64,000 bases of DNA, from positions 234 through 64,233 of the forward strand of contig DASYRE010000024.1 in NCBI GenBank assembly GCA_036004685.1. Direction: 5' to 3'. The stretch's first letter is position 1; each line of letters opens with the position of its first letter. Positions 9,930 through 20,294 of the stretch are shown in pieces. Source of the stretch: Candidatus Polarisedimenticolia bacterium (GTDB lineage Bacteria; Acidobacteriota; Polarisedimenticolia; Gp22-AA2; AA152). Under the pieces are notes generated by a model. It saw only the letters and a list, made by a program, of their open reading frames with translations. It made no database searches and had not been told where the DNA came from. Both the position numbers and the translations under genes were made by a program.

Positions 9930-11840
9930 ATGAAGAGCCGCTCCGTCGCAGGCCTCGGCCTGGCGGGGATCGCCTTCCTGGCGATCGCCTTGCTCCTGGC
10001 GGCGCTTTCCTTCCGGCAGGTCGGAAATCCCGACACCGGCTTTCATCTCCGGGCCGGGGAATCGATCCTCTCGGGGAACGGCTGGCCCGTCACCGACACC
10101 TTCACCTTCACGCTGCGGGGGCACCCGTATGTGGACACCAGCTGGGGCTATCAAGTCCTGGCGGCGGCGGTCTTGGGGGCGGGCGGCGTCCAGGGCCTCG
10201 TCCTTTTCCACGCGTTTCTGATCCTCGCCGCCTTCACGATCCTCTGGCGGACGACGCGCCTGGAAGCGGCCGATCGGCTGTCCTTCGCGGCGTTTCTCCT
10301 CCTCGGCATTCTGGCCTCGGAGATGCGGTTCGAGGCGCGCCCCGAGCTGCTCTCCTACGCCTTCCTCGCCGTCGTCCTGCATCTGCTCCACCGGCATGCC
10401 CACGGGAGGCCGGCCCCTCTCTGGCTCCTGCCGCTAATTCACCTGATCTGGGCGAATTCCCATAGCCTCTTCATCCTGGGATGGGGAGCCTTGGCGTGCT
10501 TCCTCGTCGGATTGCGAATCCGGGACGGCCAAGTCGATCGCCGGCTGCTGGGCACGAGCGCCGGGTCCGTGGCGGTGACGTTGCTGAATCCCTACGGGTG
10601 GCGCGGGGCTCTGTTTCCGTTCACCCTGGCGACCCGGCTCCGCCCGGGCAATGCCTTCGCGGACTCGATCGGGGAGTTCGTCTCCCCGTTCCGGCTCCAG
10701 ATCCCCGAGGCATTCCCTTTCTATCCCAAGCTTCCCATCTTCTCCTTCAGGATTCTGGCCGTCCTGCTCCTCCTAAGCTTGCCGCTGCTCTTCCGAAGAA
10801 AGCGATGGGATCTTCTGATCCTGGCGCTGGCCTATTTCCCGCTCGCCGCCGGAATGATCCGCAACATGCCGATTCTGGTCCTGGTCGCGCTGCCGGGGCT
10901 GGTTTGGTCCTTGCCGGCGGAGGGGCTGATCGCCCGCGCCGGCCGGGGAGAAACGGCGAAATCGAGGATCCGGAAGGCCCTCTTCTGCCTGCTCGCGCTG
11001 TTGGCGCTCGCCCTCGGACTGCGCGTCGTCCACGACTCGTACTACGTTGCCGCCCGCCGGCCGACGCGCTTCGGGCTCGGCTGGAATCGCCTGATTCTTC
11101 CTCTCGACGCCGCGGAGTTCGCGGTGCGGGCCGGGCTCCGTGGGCGGATGCTCAACCACCTCAATTTCGGGGGGACGCTGCTGTGGGCCCTTCCCCAGCC
11201 GGTTTTCATCGATGGGCGGCTGGAGGTCGTCGGCGAGGAGTTCTACGAGGAATACCGAAGGCTCTTCGATTCGGAGGACGCCCTCGAGGAGGCGGTAGGA
11301 CGTTACGATCTTCGTTGGGTCGTCTTCCCCTACGCCACCAACCCGGCGGCGCTGGGCCGCATGAGCCGCGATCCGCGATGGACGCTGGCCTACGTGGACG
11401 GATTATCGGTGATCTTCGTCCGGCAGGAGGATGCCGGCTCGCTCGTGGATCCGCGGCTGCCGTCTCGAATCGGAGAAGCTCCCGGCCGCCAGGACTTCCG
11501 CTCCCTCCCGGGACTGGGGGGGCCGCCCCGCCCGGGCCGGCTCGGGGGATGGCTCGCGGGGCTCGTCCGGCGGGAGCGCTACCCCTCCGAGGATTTCGGC
11601 CTCGGGCTCTTCCACTTCTACCGCGGCGAGCCGCTTCGGGCCGAGCGCCGGTTCTGCGAAGCGATCCGAAAAAGCGGCGGCGCCTATTTCGAGATGTACG
11701 CCGACCTCGCCGCCGCCTTGTACCGCCAGGGGCGCATCGAAGAGGGCCGAGCCTGCGACCGGGTGGTCCTGGAGGCCGATCCCGGCAATCGCCTGGCCCT
11801 CGAAAGGCTCTCGACCCACGCCGTCCCGACCCGCAGATAA
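9930..11840 (+). CDS. Polytopic membrane protein (GT-C glycosyltransferase-like) with C-terminal TPR repeats
   Basis: More than 10 predicted TM helices. A conserved first periplasmic loop (NPDTGFHLRAGESILSGNGWPVTDTFTF...GHPYVDTSWGYQVL) is shared with the paralog at 15387. The C-terminal TPR-like helices (AYFEMYADLAAALYRQGRIEEGRACDRVVLEADPGN) are unique to this copy. Start at ATG 9930 (MKSRSV). Confidence 0.5.
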   Translation: MKSRSVAGLGLAGIAFLAIALLLAALSFRQVGNPDTGFHLRAGESILSGNGWPVTDTFTFTLRGHPYVDTSWGYQVLAAAVLGAGGVQGLVLFHAFLILAAFTILWRTTRLEAADRLSFAAFLLLGILASEMRFEARPELLSYAFLAVVLHLLHRHAHGRPAPLWLLPLIHLIWANSHSLFILGWGALACFLVGLRIRDGQVDRRLLGTSAGSVAVTLLNPYGWRGALFPFTLATRLRPGNAFADSIGEFVSPFRLQIPEAFPFYPKLPIFSFRILAVLLLLSLPLLFRRKRWDLLILALAYFPLAAGMIRNMPILVLVALPGLVWSLPAEGLIARAGRGETAKSRIRKALFCLLALLALALGLRVVHDSYYVAARRPTRFGLGWNRLILPLDAAEFAVRAGLRGRMLNHLNFGGTLLWALPQPVFIDGRLEVVGEEFYEEYRRLFDSEDALEEAVGRYDLRWVVFPYATNPAALGRMSRDPRWTLAYVDGLSVIFVRQEDAGSLVDPRLPSRIGEAPGRQDFRSLPGLGGPPRPGRLGGWLAGLVRRERYPSEDFGLGLFHFYRGEPLRAERRFCEAIRKSGGAYFEMYADLAAALYRQGRIEEGRACDRVVLEADPGNRLALERLSTHAVPTRR

Positions 11841-11865
11841 CCCCAAGGAATGACCGAAACTCGCT

Positions 11866-13983
11866 TTGGAGACAAAGGGTTGCCTCCTCGGTTGCGCCGC
11901 GCGGAGAGGGAGCTTGCTGGAGGGATCGCCGGACCCTATATTCCCAGGGGTCTGGAGGTGTCCCCTGAGTCTGTCGCGCTGGCGCAAAGCGACGCTGGAA
12001 GGAGCGCTCGTGCTGGTGGCGTGCCTCGCCGCGCTCGCCTGGCAGAGCTCCCGTCAAAAAGCCTCGCGGCAGGCCGATTTGGACCGCGAAACCCGTGTCG
12101 TGGCGAGCCAGGTGGCGAGCCGGATCCGCGGGGGCCTGGAAAAGCAGCTGATCAGCCTCCAGCAAATGGCGAATTTCTGGGCGAACAGCGAGGAGGTCAC
12201 GCACCAGGAGTTCGAGAGCTTCGCCTCGACCACCTTCCGGCTCATTCCGCTTTGCCTGAGGATCAGCGCCATCGACTCGACGCTGAAGGTCCGGTGGGTC
12301 TATCCCGTGGAGATCAACCGCGCGCTCGTCGGCTTCGACGTCCGGACGCATGCTCGCGGCTACGAGACGCTGCTCCGCGCCCAGCAGGCGGCGGCGCCGG
12401 TCCTCTCGGCTCCGCTGAACCTGATCGGCGGCGCCCAAGGCTTCGTGCTCACCGTGCCGATCTTCCACCGGGGAGAGTTCCAGGGAGCGATCGTCGGGTC
12501 GTTCCGCAGCGCCGATTTCTTCGAGGCGCTGTTCCATCCGCAAGTCCTCGCCAGCTACGACGAGATGGTGCTGGACTTGGGGACGCCGCTTTACGCCAGC
12601 GGGAGCTTCGGCTCCTCGAAGACCCCGAGCTCGGCGCCCACGGAGAGATTCACCCTGGGGGGCCGGACGTGGGAGATCTGGGTGAAACCCCGGCCCGAAG
12701 TGATCGATCGGCGCCTGAGCTCCGGCCAGGTCGCGTTCTGGCTCCTCGGATCGATCCTGGCGTTGGTGGCGGCGGGGGCGGCTTGGGCGCGCAGCTATCG
12801 GGGGACGAAGGAGGCCCTGCGTCTCAGGAGCCAAGGGGCGGCCTTGCAGGAGACCCGGGTCCGGCTCGACGACGCGAATCGGCAGCTCGTCCAGTCGGAG
12901 AAGATGGCCGCGATGGGAGAGCTGGTCGCGGGAGTCGCGCAGGAAGTGAACAACCCTCTGACCAGCATCATGGGGTACACGCAGCTGGCCCTGAGCCGGA
13001 ATCCTTCCCCCGAGATTCGCAGGTACCTCGAGACGGCCTGCTCGGAGACCGAAAGGGCCGGGAAGATCGTCCGCAACCTCCTCGCCTTCGCCCGCCGGCA
13101 GCCCCCCGAAAAAAAGCTCCTGGGCTTGAACGGAATCATCGGCAAGACCTTGGAGATCAAGTCCTATTCGTTCAAGACGAACGCCATCGAGGTCTCCCAG
13201 GATCTCGATCCGGACCTTCCGTTGACGATGATCGATTTCCAACAGATGCAGCAGGTGCTCCTCAATCTGCTCAACGACGCCGAGCAGGCGATGCTCGAGA
13301 CGGGACGGGGCGGGAAGCTGCACGTCGGCACCCGGCGGGCCGGGGACCGCATCGAGGCGCGCCTGACGGACAGCGGCCGCGGCATTCCGGAGGAGATACG
13401 CGACCGCATCTTCGAGCCGTTCTTCACGACGAAGAAGGAGGGGAGCGGCCCGGGGCTGGGACTCTCCCTGTGCTACGGGATCCTGCAGGAGCACGGGGGA
13501 TCGATCCGCGCCGAGAGCGCGAGGGGCGGAGGGACGACGTTCGTCCTCGATCTCCCGATCGCCCGCGGCGAGGAAAAGCGCCCCGCGCCGGCGGCGGATC
13601 TCTCCGGCGCGCCCGGCCGCCTCCGGGTCCTCGTCGTCGACGATGAGCCGAGCCTTCAGGCATTCCTGGTCGAGCTCCTCGGCTCGATGGGCCACAGCGC
13701 CGACACCGCCTCCGACGTTCCCGAGGCCGTGAGGAAGATCTCGGGAAACGGCCATGACCTCGTGATCACCGACATGAGAATGCCGCGGGGGACCGGCAAG
13801 GACGTCTATCGCGCCGTGATGGAAAAATCGCCTCGCCTTGCACGGCGGGTGATCTTCACGACGGGCGACGGAGAAACCGGCGAGATCCGGCAGTTCTTCC
13901 AGGAGACCGGCAACGAGATCCTGATGAAGCCCTGGAAGATCGAGGAAATCGAGCAGGCGATCGCGAAGGCCATGAGGAACTGA
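11866..13983 (+). CDS. Hybrid sensor histidine kinase with periplasmic CHASE-like domain, HisKA, HATPase_c and receiver domain
   Basis: TM segment, then a periplasmic sensor region, H-box ([25 protein letters not shown]), G1/G2 boxes (DSGRGIPEE; [10 protein letters not shown]), and a C-terminal REC domain ([11 protein letters not shown]...ITDMRMP). The exact start is uncertain (TTG at 11866 or downstream codons). Confidence 0.8.
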   Translation: METKGCLLGCAARRGSLLEGSPDPIFPGVWRCPLSLSRWRKATLEGALVLVACLAALAWQSSRQKASRQADLDRETRVVASQVASRIRGGLEKQLISLQQMANFWANSEEVTHQEFESFASTTFRLIPLCLRISAIDSTLKVRWVYPVEINRALVGFDVRTHARGYETLLRAQQAAAPVLSAPLNLIGGAQGFVLTVPIFHRGEFQGAIVGSFRSADFFEALFHPQVLASYDEMVLDLGTPLYASGSFGSSKTPSSAPTERFTLGGRTWEIWVKPRPEVIDRRLSSGQVAFWLLGSILALVAAGAAWARSYRGTKEALRLRSQGAALQETRVRLDDANRQLVQSEKMAAMGELVAGVAQEVNNPLTSIMGYTQLALSRNPSPEIRRYLETACSETERAGKIVRNLLAFARRQPPEKKLLGLNGIIGKTLEIKSYSFKTNAIEVSQDLDPDLPLTMIDFQQMQQVLLNLLNDAEQAMLETGRGGKLHVGTRRAGDRIEARLTDSGRGIPEEIRDRIFEPFFTTKKEGSGPGLGLSLCYGILQEHGGSIRAESARGGGTTFVLDLPIARGEEKRPAPAADLSGAPGRLRVLVVDDEPSLQAFLVELLGSMGHSADTASDVPEAVRKISGNGHDLVITDMRMPRGTGKDVYRAVMEKSPRLARRVIFTTGDGETGEIRQFFQETGNEILMKPWKIEEIEQAIAKAMRN

Positions 13984-14090
13984 TTCACTCCCGCCCGCCC
14001 CCCGGGCAGCCCTCCGCACCCGCCCGCCATTGACGCGCCTGGTGAAATCCAAGAGAATCGACGGCCACGTGCCCTTCCGGAGGAGGAACC

Positions 14091-15380
14091 GTGGAACTTT
14101 CCGCCCGGCTGACGCAGCTTCGCACCGGCTTTTCCAGGACGTTCTGGATCGCGAACACGCTGGAGCTCTTCGAGCGCCTCGCCTTCTACGGCTCCAAAGC
14201 GATCCTGGCCGTCTACCTGGTCGAGAAGGTGGGCCTCGGCACGACCGGCAACACGCTGGTCGGACTATACGGTTTCGCCATCTTCTTTCTTCCGATCCTG
14301 GCGGGGACCGTGGTCGACCGATACGGCTTCAAGAAGAGTCTCGCCGCCTGTTTTACCATTTTCTCCCTGGGCTATTTTTCGGTGGGGCTCGCGGGGCTTT
14401 CGGCGGGGCGCCGGATCGTGGAGTCGGTCGGGAGCCTGCCCTACGTGGTCGGCGCCCTACTCCTGACGGCGATCGGCGGCTCGCTCATCAAGCCCTGCAT
14501 CGTCGGAGTCGTCGCCCGCACGACGACCGAGACCACGAAGTCGCTCGGCTATTCGATCTATTACACGCTGGTGAACCTGGGCGGAGCGCTGGGGCCGGTG
14601 CTCGCGCTGCAGGTACGCGAGGGACTGGGGATCGAGTACGTCCTCGTCATGTCGGCGCTCGTGTCGCTCGCCAACCTGCTGGCCACCTTGGTCTTTTTCA
14701 AGGAGCCCGGCCTCGTCGGCCAGGCCGGGCCGCGACGGACCTTCGGTCGGGTGCTCCGCGACATGTTCGTCGTCTTCGGGAACTTCCGGTTCATCAGCTT
14801 CCTGATTATCTTCTCGGGCTTCTGGATCATGTTCTGGCAGATCTTCTTCTCGCTACCGTTCTACGTGCGGGACGTCCTGCATTTCCCTCGCTTCGAATGG
14901 TTCGAAACGGTGGGTCCTTGTGTGATCATCACCATGACGGTTCCGGTGACGGCGCTGATGAAGAAGATCCGGCCAATCACGGCGATGACAATGGGTTTCG
15001 CAGTGGCCAGCGCCTCGTGGCTCTTGGTCGCCGCGTCGCCGACCATCCCTCTGACCGTCTTCGCCATTGCCTGCTTTGCGCTCGGCGAGGCGATGCAGGC
15101 GCCGCGGTTCTACGAATACGTCGCCGACCTGGCGCCGAAGGAGCAGGTCGGCACGTTCATGGGGTTCGCCTTCCTGCCGGTCGCAGTCGGGTCGCTGGTG
15201 GGGGGCTGGCTTTCAGGCTGGCTCGTGCAGCACTACCTGAAGGAGGGCGGGAGACGGCCCGAGGGGATGTGGATCGTCTTGGCCGTCATCGGCCTGATCT
15301 CGACCCTCCTGATGATCGCGCACGACCGGTTCTTCAGCGATCGAAAACCGGCGAAGCCTTCCCCCCCCGCGCTCTCCTGA
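14091..15380 (+). CDS. MFS transporter, POT/PTR2-like
   Basis: 12-TM profile; the N-terminal block FWIANTLELFERLAFYGSKAILAVYL resembles the POT-family ExxERFxYYG motif. The real frame was chosen over overlapping ORF 14030..16150, which is Arg/Gly-rich and looks like non-coding high-GC sequence. Confidence 0.6.
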   Translation: MELSARLTQLRTGFSRTFWIANTLELFERLAFYGSKAILAVYLVEKVGLGTTGNTLVGLYGFAIFFLPILAGTVVDRYGFKKSLAACFTIFSLGYFSVGLAGLSAGRRIVESVGSLPYVVGALLLTAIGGSLIKPCIVGVVARTTTETTKSLGYSIYYTLVNLGGALGPVLALQVREGLGIEYVLVMSALVSLANLLATLVFFKEPGLVGQAGPRRTFGRVLRDMFVVFGNFRFISFLIIFSGFWIMFWQIFFSLPFYVRDVLHFPRFEWFETVGPCVIITMTVPVTALMKKIRPITAMTMGFAVASASWLLVAASPTIPLTVFAIACFALGEAMQAPRFYEYVADLAPKEQVGTFMGFAFLPVAVGSLVGGWLSGWLVQHYLKEGGRRPEGMWIVLAVIGLISTLLMIAHDRFFSDRKPAKPSPPALS

Positions 15381-15386
15381 GCGCCG

Positions 15387-16955
15387 ATGCCGAAGCTCCG
15401 GCGCCTTTTCCAGCCGACGCTCACGGATCTCTTGGGACTCCTCCTGCTGGTTCTGGTCATCGTCACGGGGAGCCGGCGGCTCTTCGGCGACGCCGACGTG
15501 GCGACCCACGTGGCGACGGGGCGGTGGATCCTCGACCATCGGAGCGTCCCGACGACCGATCCCTTCCCGGGGCCTTTCCAGGGCCACGAGTGGTTCGCCC
15601 ACGAATGGCTCACCGACCTCCTGATGGGCGCCATCCACGCCGCCGCCGGGTGGCCGGGGATCGTCTGGCTCTCCGCGCTCCTGATCGCCGCGGCGCACGT
15701 CATCCTCTACCGGCACCTCCTGCGCCGCGGCGACGACGCGGTCGCCGCCTTCGGGGCGACGATGGCCGCCGCTTCGACCGCCAGCATGCACTGGCTCGCC
15801 CGCCCGCACCTGGTGACGGTGCTGTTCCTCGTGATCTGGACGGCCGTGCTGGAGGGAGTGACGCGTGGCGCGCTGCCGCCGCGCCGCCTCTTCCTCCTGC
15901 CGCCGCTGGCCCTGCTCTGGGCGAACCTCCACGGCGGGTTCCTGATGGCCCTGGTGATCCTCGGCTGCTACGGAGCGGGGGTCGTCATTCAGATGGCGCT
16001 GAGCCGGGGGAGCCGACGCGAGCCCGTCCGGCCGCCCGGGCTCGCTTCCTGGACGATCGTAACGCTCCTGACCGCGGGCGCGGTCCTGATCAACCCCTGG
16101 GGCTACCGGCTGCCGCTGCACGAAATCGCCTACATCGCTTTGCACGGTGAGGCGATTGCCCACACGGCGGAGTTCGAGTCTCCCAGCCTGCTGGATCGCG
16201 CCGGGGTGGCGACGGCCGGATTCCTTGTGCTCTGCCTGGCCGGTCTCGCACTGGGCCTGGTCGCAGCGAGGCGTGCGCAACGCCGCGGCGGCCCCCACTG
16301 GACCACCCGGTTCCACCCGGGCACGCTCCTCGCGTTCCTGGTGACGACCGCCATGGCCTTACGCTCGATCCGGCACGTCGAGCTCATGGTGATTTTCGGG
16401 GCCATCCTTCTCGCCGATGGGGTCTCGATCGGGATCGCGCAGAAAGCACCCCGGGACCTGCAAGCGCTGCTGGAGCCCTGGCGCCGCCGCGAGCGCCGAG
16501 CGGGAGGAGGGTGGTTTCTCGCGGGTCTTCTGATCGCGGCTCTTCTCGCGGTGAGCGGCCGTTTTCCGGAATCGGGGTTCGACGCATCGCTCTTCCCGGT
16601 GAAGCAGGTCCGGGCGCTGCGGGAGACGGGCGTGAGGCCTCGAGGCCCCGTGTTCACCCCCGACGTCTGGGGAGGCTATCTGCTGCTCGAGTGGCCTGAA
16701 GCGCCGATCTTGGTGGACGGCCGCTGGGACATGCGCGGCGACGCTTTCTACCTGCGATATGTCGGCACGCTGGGGGCGGGGCCGGGATGGGCAACGAACC
16801 TGGCCGAGGATCGCGTCGATTGGGTCCTGGTTCCCCCGGAAGCTCCGCTCGCGCGGGCCCTTCACGCCAGCCCGGAATGGGACTTCCGGGGCGGCGACGC
16901 CACCGCGGAAGTGTTCCAGCGGAAGCCGGAAGCGGCCGGCCCGGACTCCCGGTGA
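15387..16955 (+). CDS. Polytopic membrane protein, paralog of 9930..11840 (GT-C-like), lacking TPR tail
   Basis: Same N-terminal loop architecture as the 9930 copy (DADVATHVATGRWILDHRSVPTTDPF...HEWFAHEWL) and a shared C-terminal periplasmic block (ILVDGRWDMRGDAFYLRYV versus FIDGRLEVVGEEFYEEY). Confidence 0.5.
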   Translation: MPKLRRLFQPTLTDLLGLLLLVLVIVTGSRRLFGDADVATHVATGRWILDHRSVPTTDPFPGPFQGHEWFAHEWLTDLLMGAIHAAAGWPGIVWLSALLIAAAHVILYRHLLRRGDDAVAAFGATMAAASTASMHWLARPHLVTVLFLVIWTAVLEGVTRGALPPRRLFLLPPLALLWANLHGGFLMALVILGCYGAGVVIQMALSRGSRREPVRPPGLASWTIVTLLTAGAVLINPWGYRLPLHEIAYIALHGEAIAHTAEFESPSLLDRAGVATAGFLVLCLAGLALGLVAARRAQRRGGPHWTTRFHPGTLLAFLVTTAMALRSIRHVELMVIFGAILLADGVSIGIAQKAPRDLQALLEPWRRRERRAGGGWFLAGLLIAALLAVSGRFPESGFDASLFPVKQVRALRETGVRPRGPVFTPDVWGGYLLLEWPEAPILVDGRWDMRGDAFYLRYVGTLGAGPGWATNLAEDRVDWVLVPPEAPLARALHASPEWDFRGGDATAEVFQRKPEAAGPDSR

Positions 16956-16996
16956 GCGACCGGCGACACAAACTTCCCACGATCGCATTCTAGTTT

Positions 16997-17013
16997 GGGA
17001 TCGGCCCGATCCC
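16997..17013. promoter_or_regulatory. Perfect 8-1-8 palindrome GGGATCGG-C-CCGATCCC immediately upstream of the Rieske gene start
   Basis: Seen directly in sequence. Position is consistent with an operator or small hairpin at the 5' end of the 17015 gene. Confidence 0.3.
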
Positions 17014-17014
17014 G

Positions 17015-18148
17015 ATGGAGGAGACCATGGCTGACGAGCGATGGACGGACCTCGGCCCCGCCGGAAGCTTCGAAGAGGGGACGGTGAGGGTGGCGACCGC
17101 CGGGACGGTCCGGCTGGCGGTGAGCTGTCGAGAGGGAGAATTCGGCGCCCTGTCCAATGCCTGCAATCACGTCGGAGGTCCCCTGGGACAGGGGCGGCTG
17201 GACGGAGAGTATCTGGTGTGCCCGTAGCACGCCTGGAAATTCCACTTCCAGACCGGAGCCGGCGAGCCGGGATTCGAGGAAGATCAGGTTCCGGCCTATC
17301 GAGTCGAAGTCCGCGAAGGGCGTCTGTTCGTGGACCTGCAATCCGCGACGCCGCGCCGGAAGAAGCCTCACACGCCCCACCCGCTCGAGCGTCCGGTCGT
17401 CCGGGCCGAGGGCCGGATTCGGGTGGCCGGGCTCTCGACCACCGCCATGGACCGGGACAATCCGCGCTACTCGACGTCCGAGGCGCTGCTTGCGGAGGCG
17501 CTCGAGCACGCCGGATCGACGCTGCAGTGCGAGACGCGGCTCATCCAGCTGGCTCGACTCCGTTTCCGAAACTGCGAGGGGTACTACTCCAAGAGCGCCC
17601 GCGCGTGCACCTGGCCATGCTCGATCACGCAAATGGACGAGCGGGACGAGATGACCGAAGTCTACGAGGCGCTCATCCACTGGAGCGATGTAGTACTCCT
17701 TGCCACGTCGATCCGCTGGGGGGCGGCGAGCTCCATCTACTACAAGATGGCGGAGCGGCTGAACTGCGTCCAAAACCAGACCACCATCCGGGATCGAGTC
17801 CTGATCCGCAACAAGGTTGCGGCGTTCATCATCACCGGCGGGCAGGACAACGTGCAGGCCGTGGCCGGACAGCTCCCTGGGTTCTTCGCGGAGCTGGGTT
17901 TTCGGTCCCCCCGGTTTCCGTACATTGCCCACTCCCGGGGATGGTCGGCCGAAGACATGGAGAACAACGTGCTCGAAGTCCAGGAGAGTGAAGAGCTGCG
18001 GGCGGGGGCGCGCCAGCTCGCGGTCCGGGCGGCAACGCTGGCCCGGACTCTGATCGAGAGCGGACGGGCGGCCGAGAAGACCGCGCGGGGCGGGCGCAAA
18101 GCCCATGCTTTCGAGATGGAGAAGCCGGCTCCGCGCCCTCAGAGGTAA
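17015..18148 (+). pseudogene. Rieske [2Fe-2S] domain fused to NADPH-dependent FMN reductase/iron-sulfur flavoprotein-like domain, interrupted by one in-frame TAG (17225-17227)
   Basis: ORF 17015..17227 ends CNHVGGPL...LVCP-TAG, and the same frame continues HAWKFHFQTGAGEP, so both Rieske boxes (CxH; CPxH) are intact around the stop. Frame is unbroken to 18148 and encodes a flavodoxin-like reductase domain (VLLATSIRWGAASSIYYKMAERLN; FIITGGQDN). Confidence 0.5.
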
Positions 18149-20190
18149 CCGAGCGCCTTCAGCTCGCGGAGCATCTCGTCGTTCAGCTCCTGGCGGGGAA
18201 AGCGGCCGGTCTCTCCGGGCATTTCGGACGAGAGAGCATCCAGCGCGTCGCGCATCCTGGAGAGGGCGCCTGGATCGGTCTGGGCCCGGTCGTTACGCTC
18301 GCCCGGATCGCCGGTGAGATCGAAAAGCGATTCGCTTCCGGACCGGTGGTCCCGGATGATCTTCCAGTCCTGACCGCGGAGAGAGGAAAGCTGGACCCGG
18401 GTTCCCGATTCAAGGGGGGCGTCGGGCAGCCACACCTCCGAATAAGCCACGGCGGCTCTCGGTGCCGCCGCCCGGCCCTCACGGCCGGGATCGATCCGGG
18501 CCAGGAGGCCGCTGAGCTCGGGCGGCGGGCTCCAGCGGATCCCCAGGTAGCCCAGGAGCATCGCGAAGATTCCGCGGGTCTCGACGACCTCGGCCACCTC
18601 CCTTTTGGCGCCGGGCGTCCCGGGCAGCGCCACGACCAGCGGGACGTGAATCGCCTCCTCGTACAAAGTGGTGGTGTGGCTCAGGCCGCCGTGCTCCATG
18701 AACTCCTCTCCATGATCCCCGACCACGACGACGGCCGTCTTCGCGTCGAGCCCCTGGTCCTTCAGCTCCCGGAGGAGCCGGCCGATTTGAGAATCGGTGA
18801 AGGCGATCTCCTCGTCGTACAGATCCTTCAGATAGCCGACGTCCGCCGGGGAGAGCCGGTGGCGATTCTTCAGGAGGTTGTCGATGCTCAGGCGATCGCG
18901 CCGCAGCCAGCCCCGATAGCCGTGCGCGAAGCTCCATCCGGGATGATGGCGGTATTCGAAGTGAGGATCGAAATAATGAACGAACAGGAAAAAGGGGCTG
19001 CCGCCGCGCCGGCGGAGGAACCGCAGCGACTCCTCCGTCACCGAGCCCGACGTGATCGCCCAATGCCCGCGGGCGTTGTCTTCCTGGAAGGAGTCGACTC
19101 CCTGGGCGAACCCGGCCCGAGAGTCGACGTACCAATGGCTCACCACGGCCCCGGTCCGGTAGCCGGCCTCGCGCAGGATCTCCGGGAGGGTCGCGTCGGC
19201 CGGCCGCAAGGCCCCCCAATAGGAGACCGCCCCGTGCTGCCGCGGATAAAGCCCGGTGAGGATCGAGCCGAATGCCGGCTTGGTCCAGGGCGCCTGGGAG
19301 ATGGCGTTCCGGAAGATCGTGCCGCGGCGGGCCAGCGACCGCAGGGAAGGGGTCAGGTCCCGCGTTCCCGGAGGCGGCGGGTCGAGCGAGACGTGATCCC
19401 AACGGAGGGTGTCGATGCCGATCAGGACGACGTTCTCCGGGCGGGCGGCGCGCAGCTTGCCGGCGGGAAGACAGCTCACGGCGATCCCGAGCGCGGCGGC
19501 GAGCGCCGGACCCGCCGCGAGAAGCAGGCCGGCCGGCCGGAGGCCGGAGGACGCGTGGCGCGACGCCGCCTCCCAGGCGAGCAAGCCGGCCCAGATCGTC
19601 ATGGCTATCAGAACCGCGGGACGGGACAGAATCGCGTAATCGGAGCGGTGGGGGGCGAAGACGATGCAGGCCGTGAGAGCCGGGAGGGCCGCCAGCACGA
19701 GGAAGCGGTGGACGGCGAAAGCGGCGGGCAGCCGCCGGGAGACCGCGAAGAGACCGCCCCAGAGAAACGCCGCTCCCGTCACGAAGAAGATCAGTGAGTT
19801 CGAGACGCTGTCACGGCGGAGCGCGTAGACCGCCAGGATCAGCAGCGCTCCCGAGCCGGCGGCGAGAAGAGGGAGGACGGCGCCGGAAGCGAAAGTCGTC
19901 CCTTCACGATGGAAGAGCCCGGCCCGGGGGAAGCGCCCGACGACGGCGCGCCCCAGTCCGCGAAGCAGAAGGCACGCCAGGGCGAAAAGGAGCCCGGCGA
20001 GCAGGGCCTGGAGAATCGCCTGACGCAGCGTCAACAGCGCGTTGCGGAAAAAGCCGAGGGAAACGTAGCGATTCTCGCCGATGCGCGCCGCGGCGATCGC
20101 GAATCCGGCCAGGAGGGAGGTCGAGACGGAGATCAGGACGAGGTCGAGGGTTTCGAATCCCCTTCTTCTGCCCGGCCCCGGATCGTTCAT
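18139..20190 (-). CDS. Membrane-anchored sulfatase/alkaline-phosphatase-superfamily enzyme (LtaS/EptA/MdoB-like)
   Basis: About 250 aa N-terminal multi-TM region followed by a sulfatase-domain core (LIGIDTLRWDHV; TKPAFGSILTGLYPRQHG; VVVVGDHGEEFMEHGGLSHTTTLYEEAIHVPLVV). Start set at ATG 20190 (MNDPGPG); the upstream 790 aa of ORF 18139..22560 lie in a different frame from the overlapping MMPL gene and look like non-coding high-GC sequence. Confidence 0.65.
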   Translation of the reverse strand: MNDPGPGRRRGFETLDLVLISVSTSLLAGFAIAAARIGENRYVSLGFFRNALLTLRQAILQALLAGLLFALACLLLRGLGRAVVGRFPRAGLFHREGTTFASGAVLPLLAAGSGALLILAVYALRRDSVSNSLIFFVTGAAFLWGGLFAVSRRLPAAFAVHRFLVLAALPALTACIVFAPHRSDYAILSRPAVLIAMTIWAGLLAWEAASRHASSGLRPAGLLLAAGPALAAALGIAVSCLPAGKLRAARPENVVLIGIDTLRWDHVSLDPPPPGTRDLTPSLRSLARRGTIFRNAISQAPWTKPAFGSILTGLYPRQHGAVSYWGALRPADATLPEILREAGYRTGAVVSHWYVDSRAGFAQGVDSFQEDNARGHWAITSGSVTEESLRFLRRRGGSPFFLFVHYFDPHFEYRHHPGWSFAHGYRGWLRRDRLSIDNLLKNRHRLSPADVGYLKDLYDEEIAFTDSQIGRLLRELKDQGLDAKTAVVVVGDHGEEFMEHGGLSHTTTLYEEAIHVPLVVALPGTPGAKREVAEVVETRGIFAMLLGYLGIRWSPPPELSGLLARIDPGREGRAAAPRAAVAYSEVWLPDAPLESGTRVQLSSLRGQDWKIIRDHRSGSESLFDLTGDPGERNDRAQTDPGALSRMRDALDALSSEMPGETGRFPRQELNDEMLRELKALGYL

Positions 20191-20294
20191 CGGCTCGTCG
20201 CGCGCTCCCACGCGCCGGCGGGGCCGTTTCGGCGCGGGAGCAGGGGCGAAACGGCGCGGCGCGCGGCGAGTTTCGCAGGTCGCCTCTTCCCGTG

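Noticed and set aside
11206-14052. 948-aa minus-strand ORF
   Set aside because: Antisense to the hybrid histidine kinase gene, which has unambiguous H/N/G boxes and a REC domain.
14030-16150. 706-aa plus-strand ORF
   Set aside because: An alternative frame across the MFS and membrane-protein genes. It is Arg/Gly/Asp-rich with no hydrophobic helices, whereas the overlapping frames encode coherent TM proteins.
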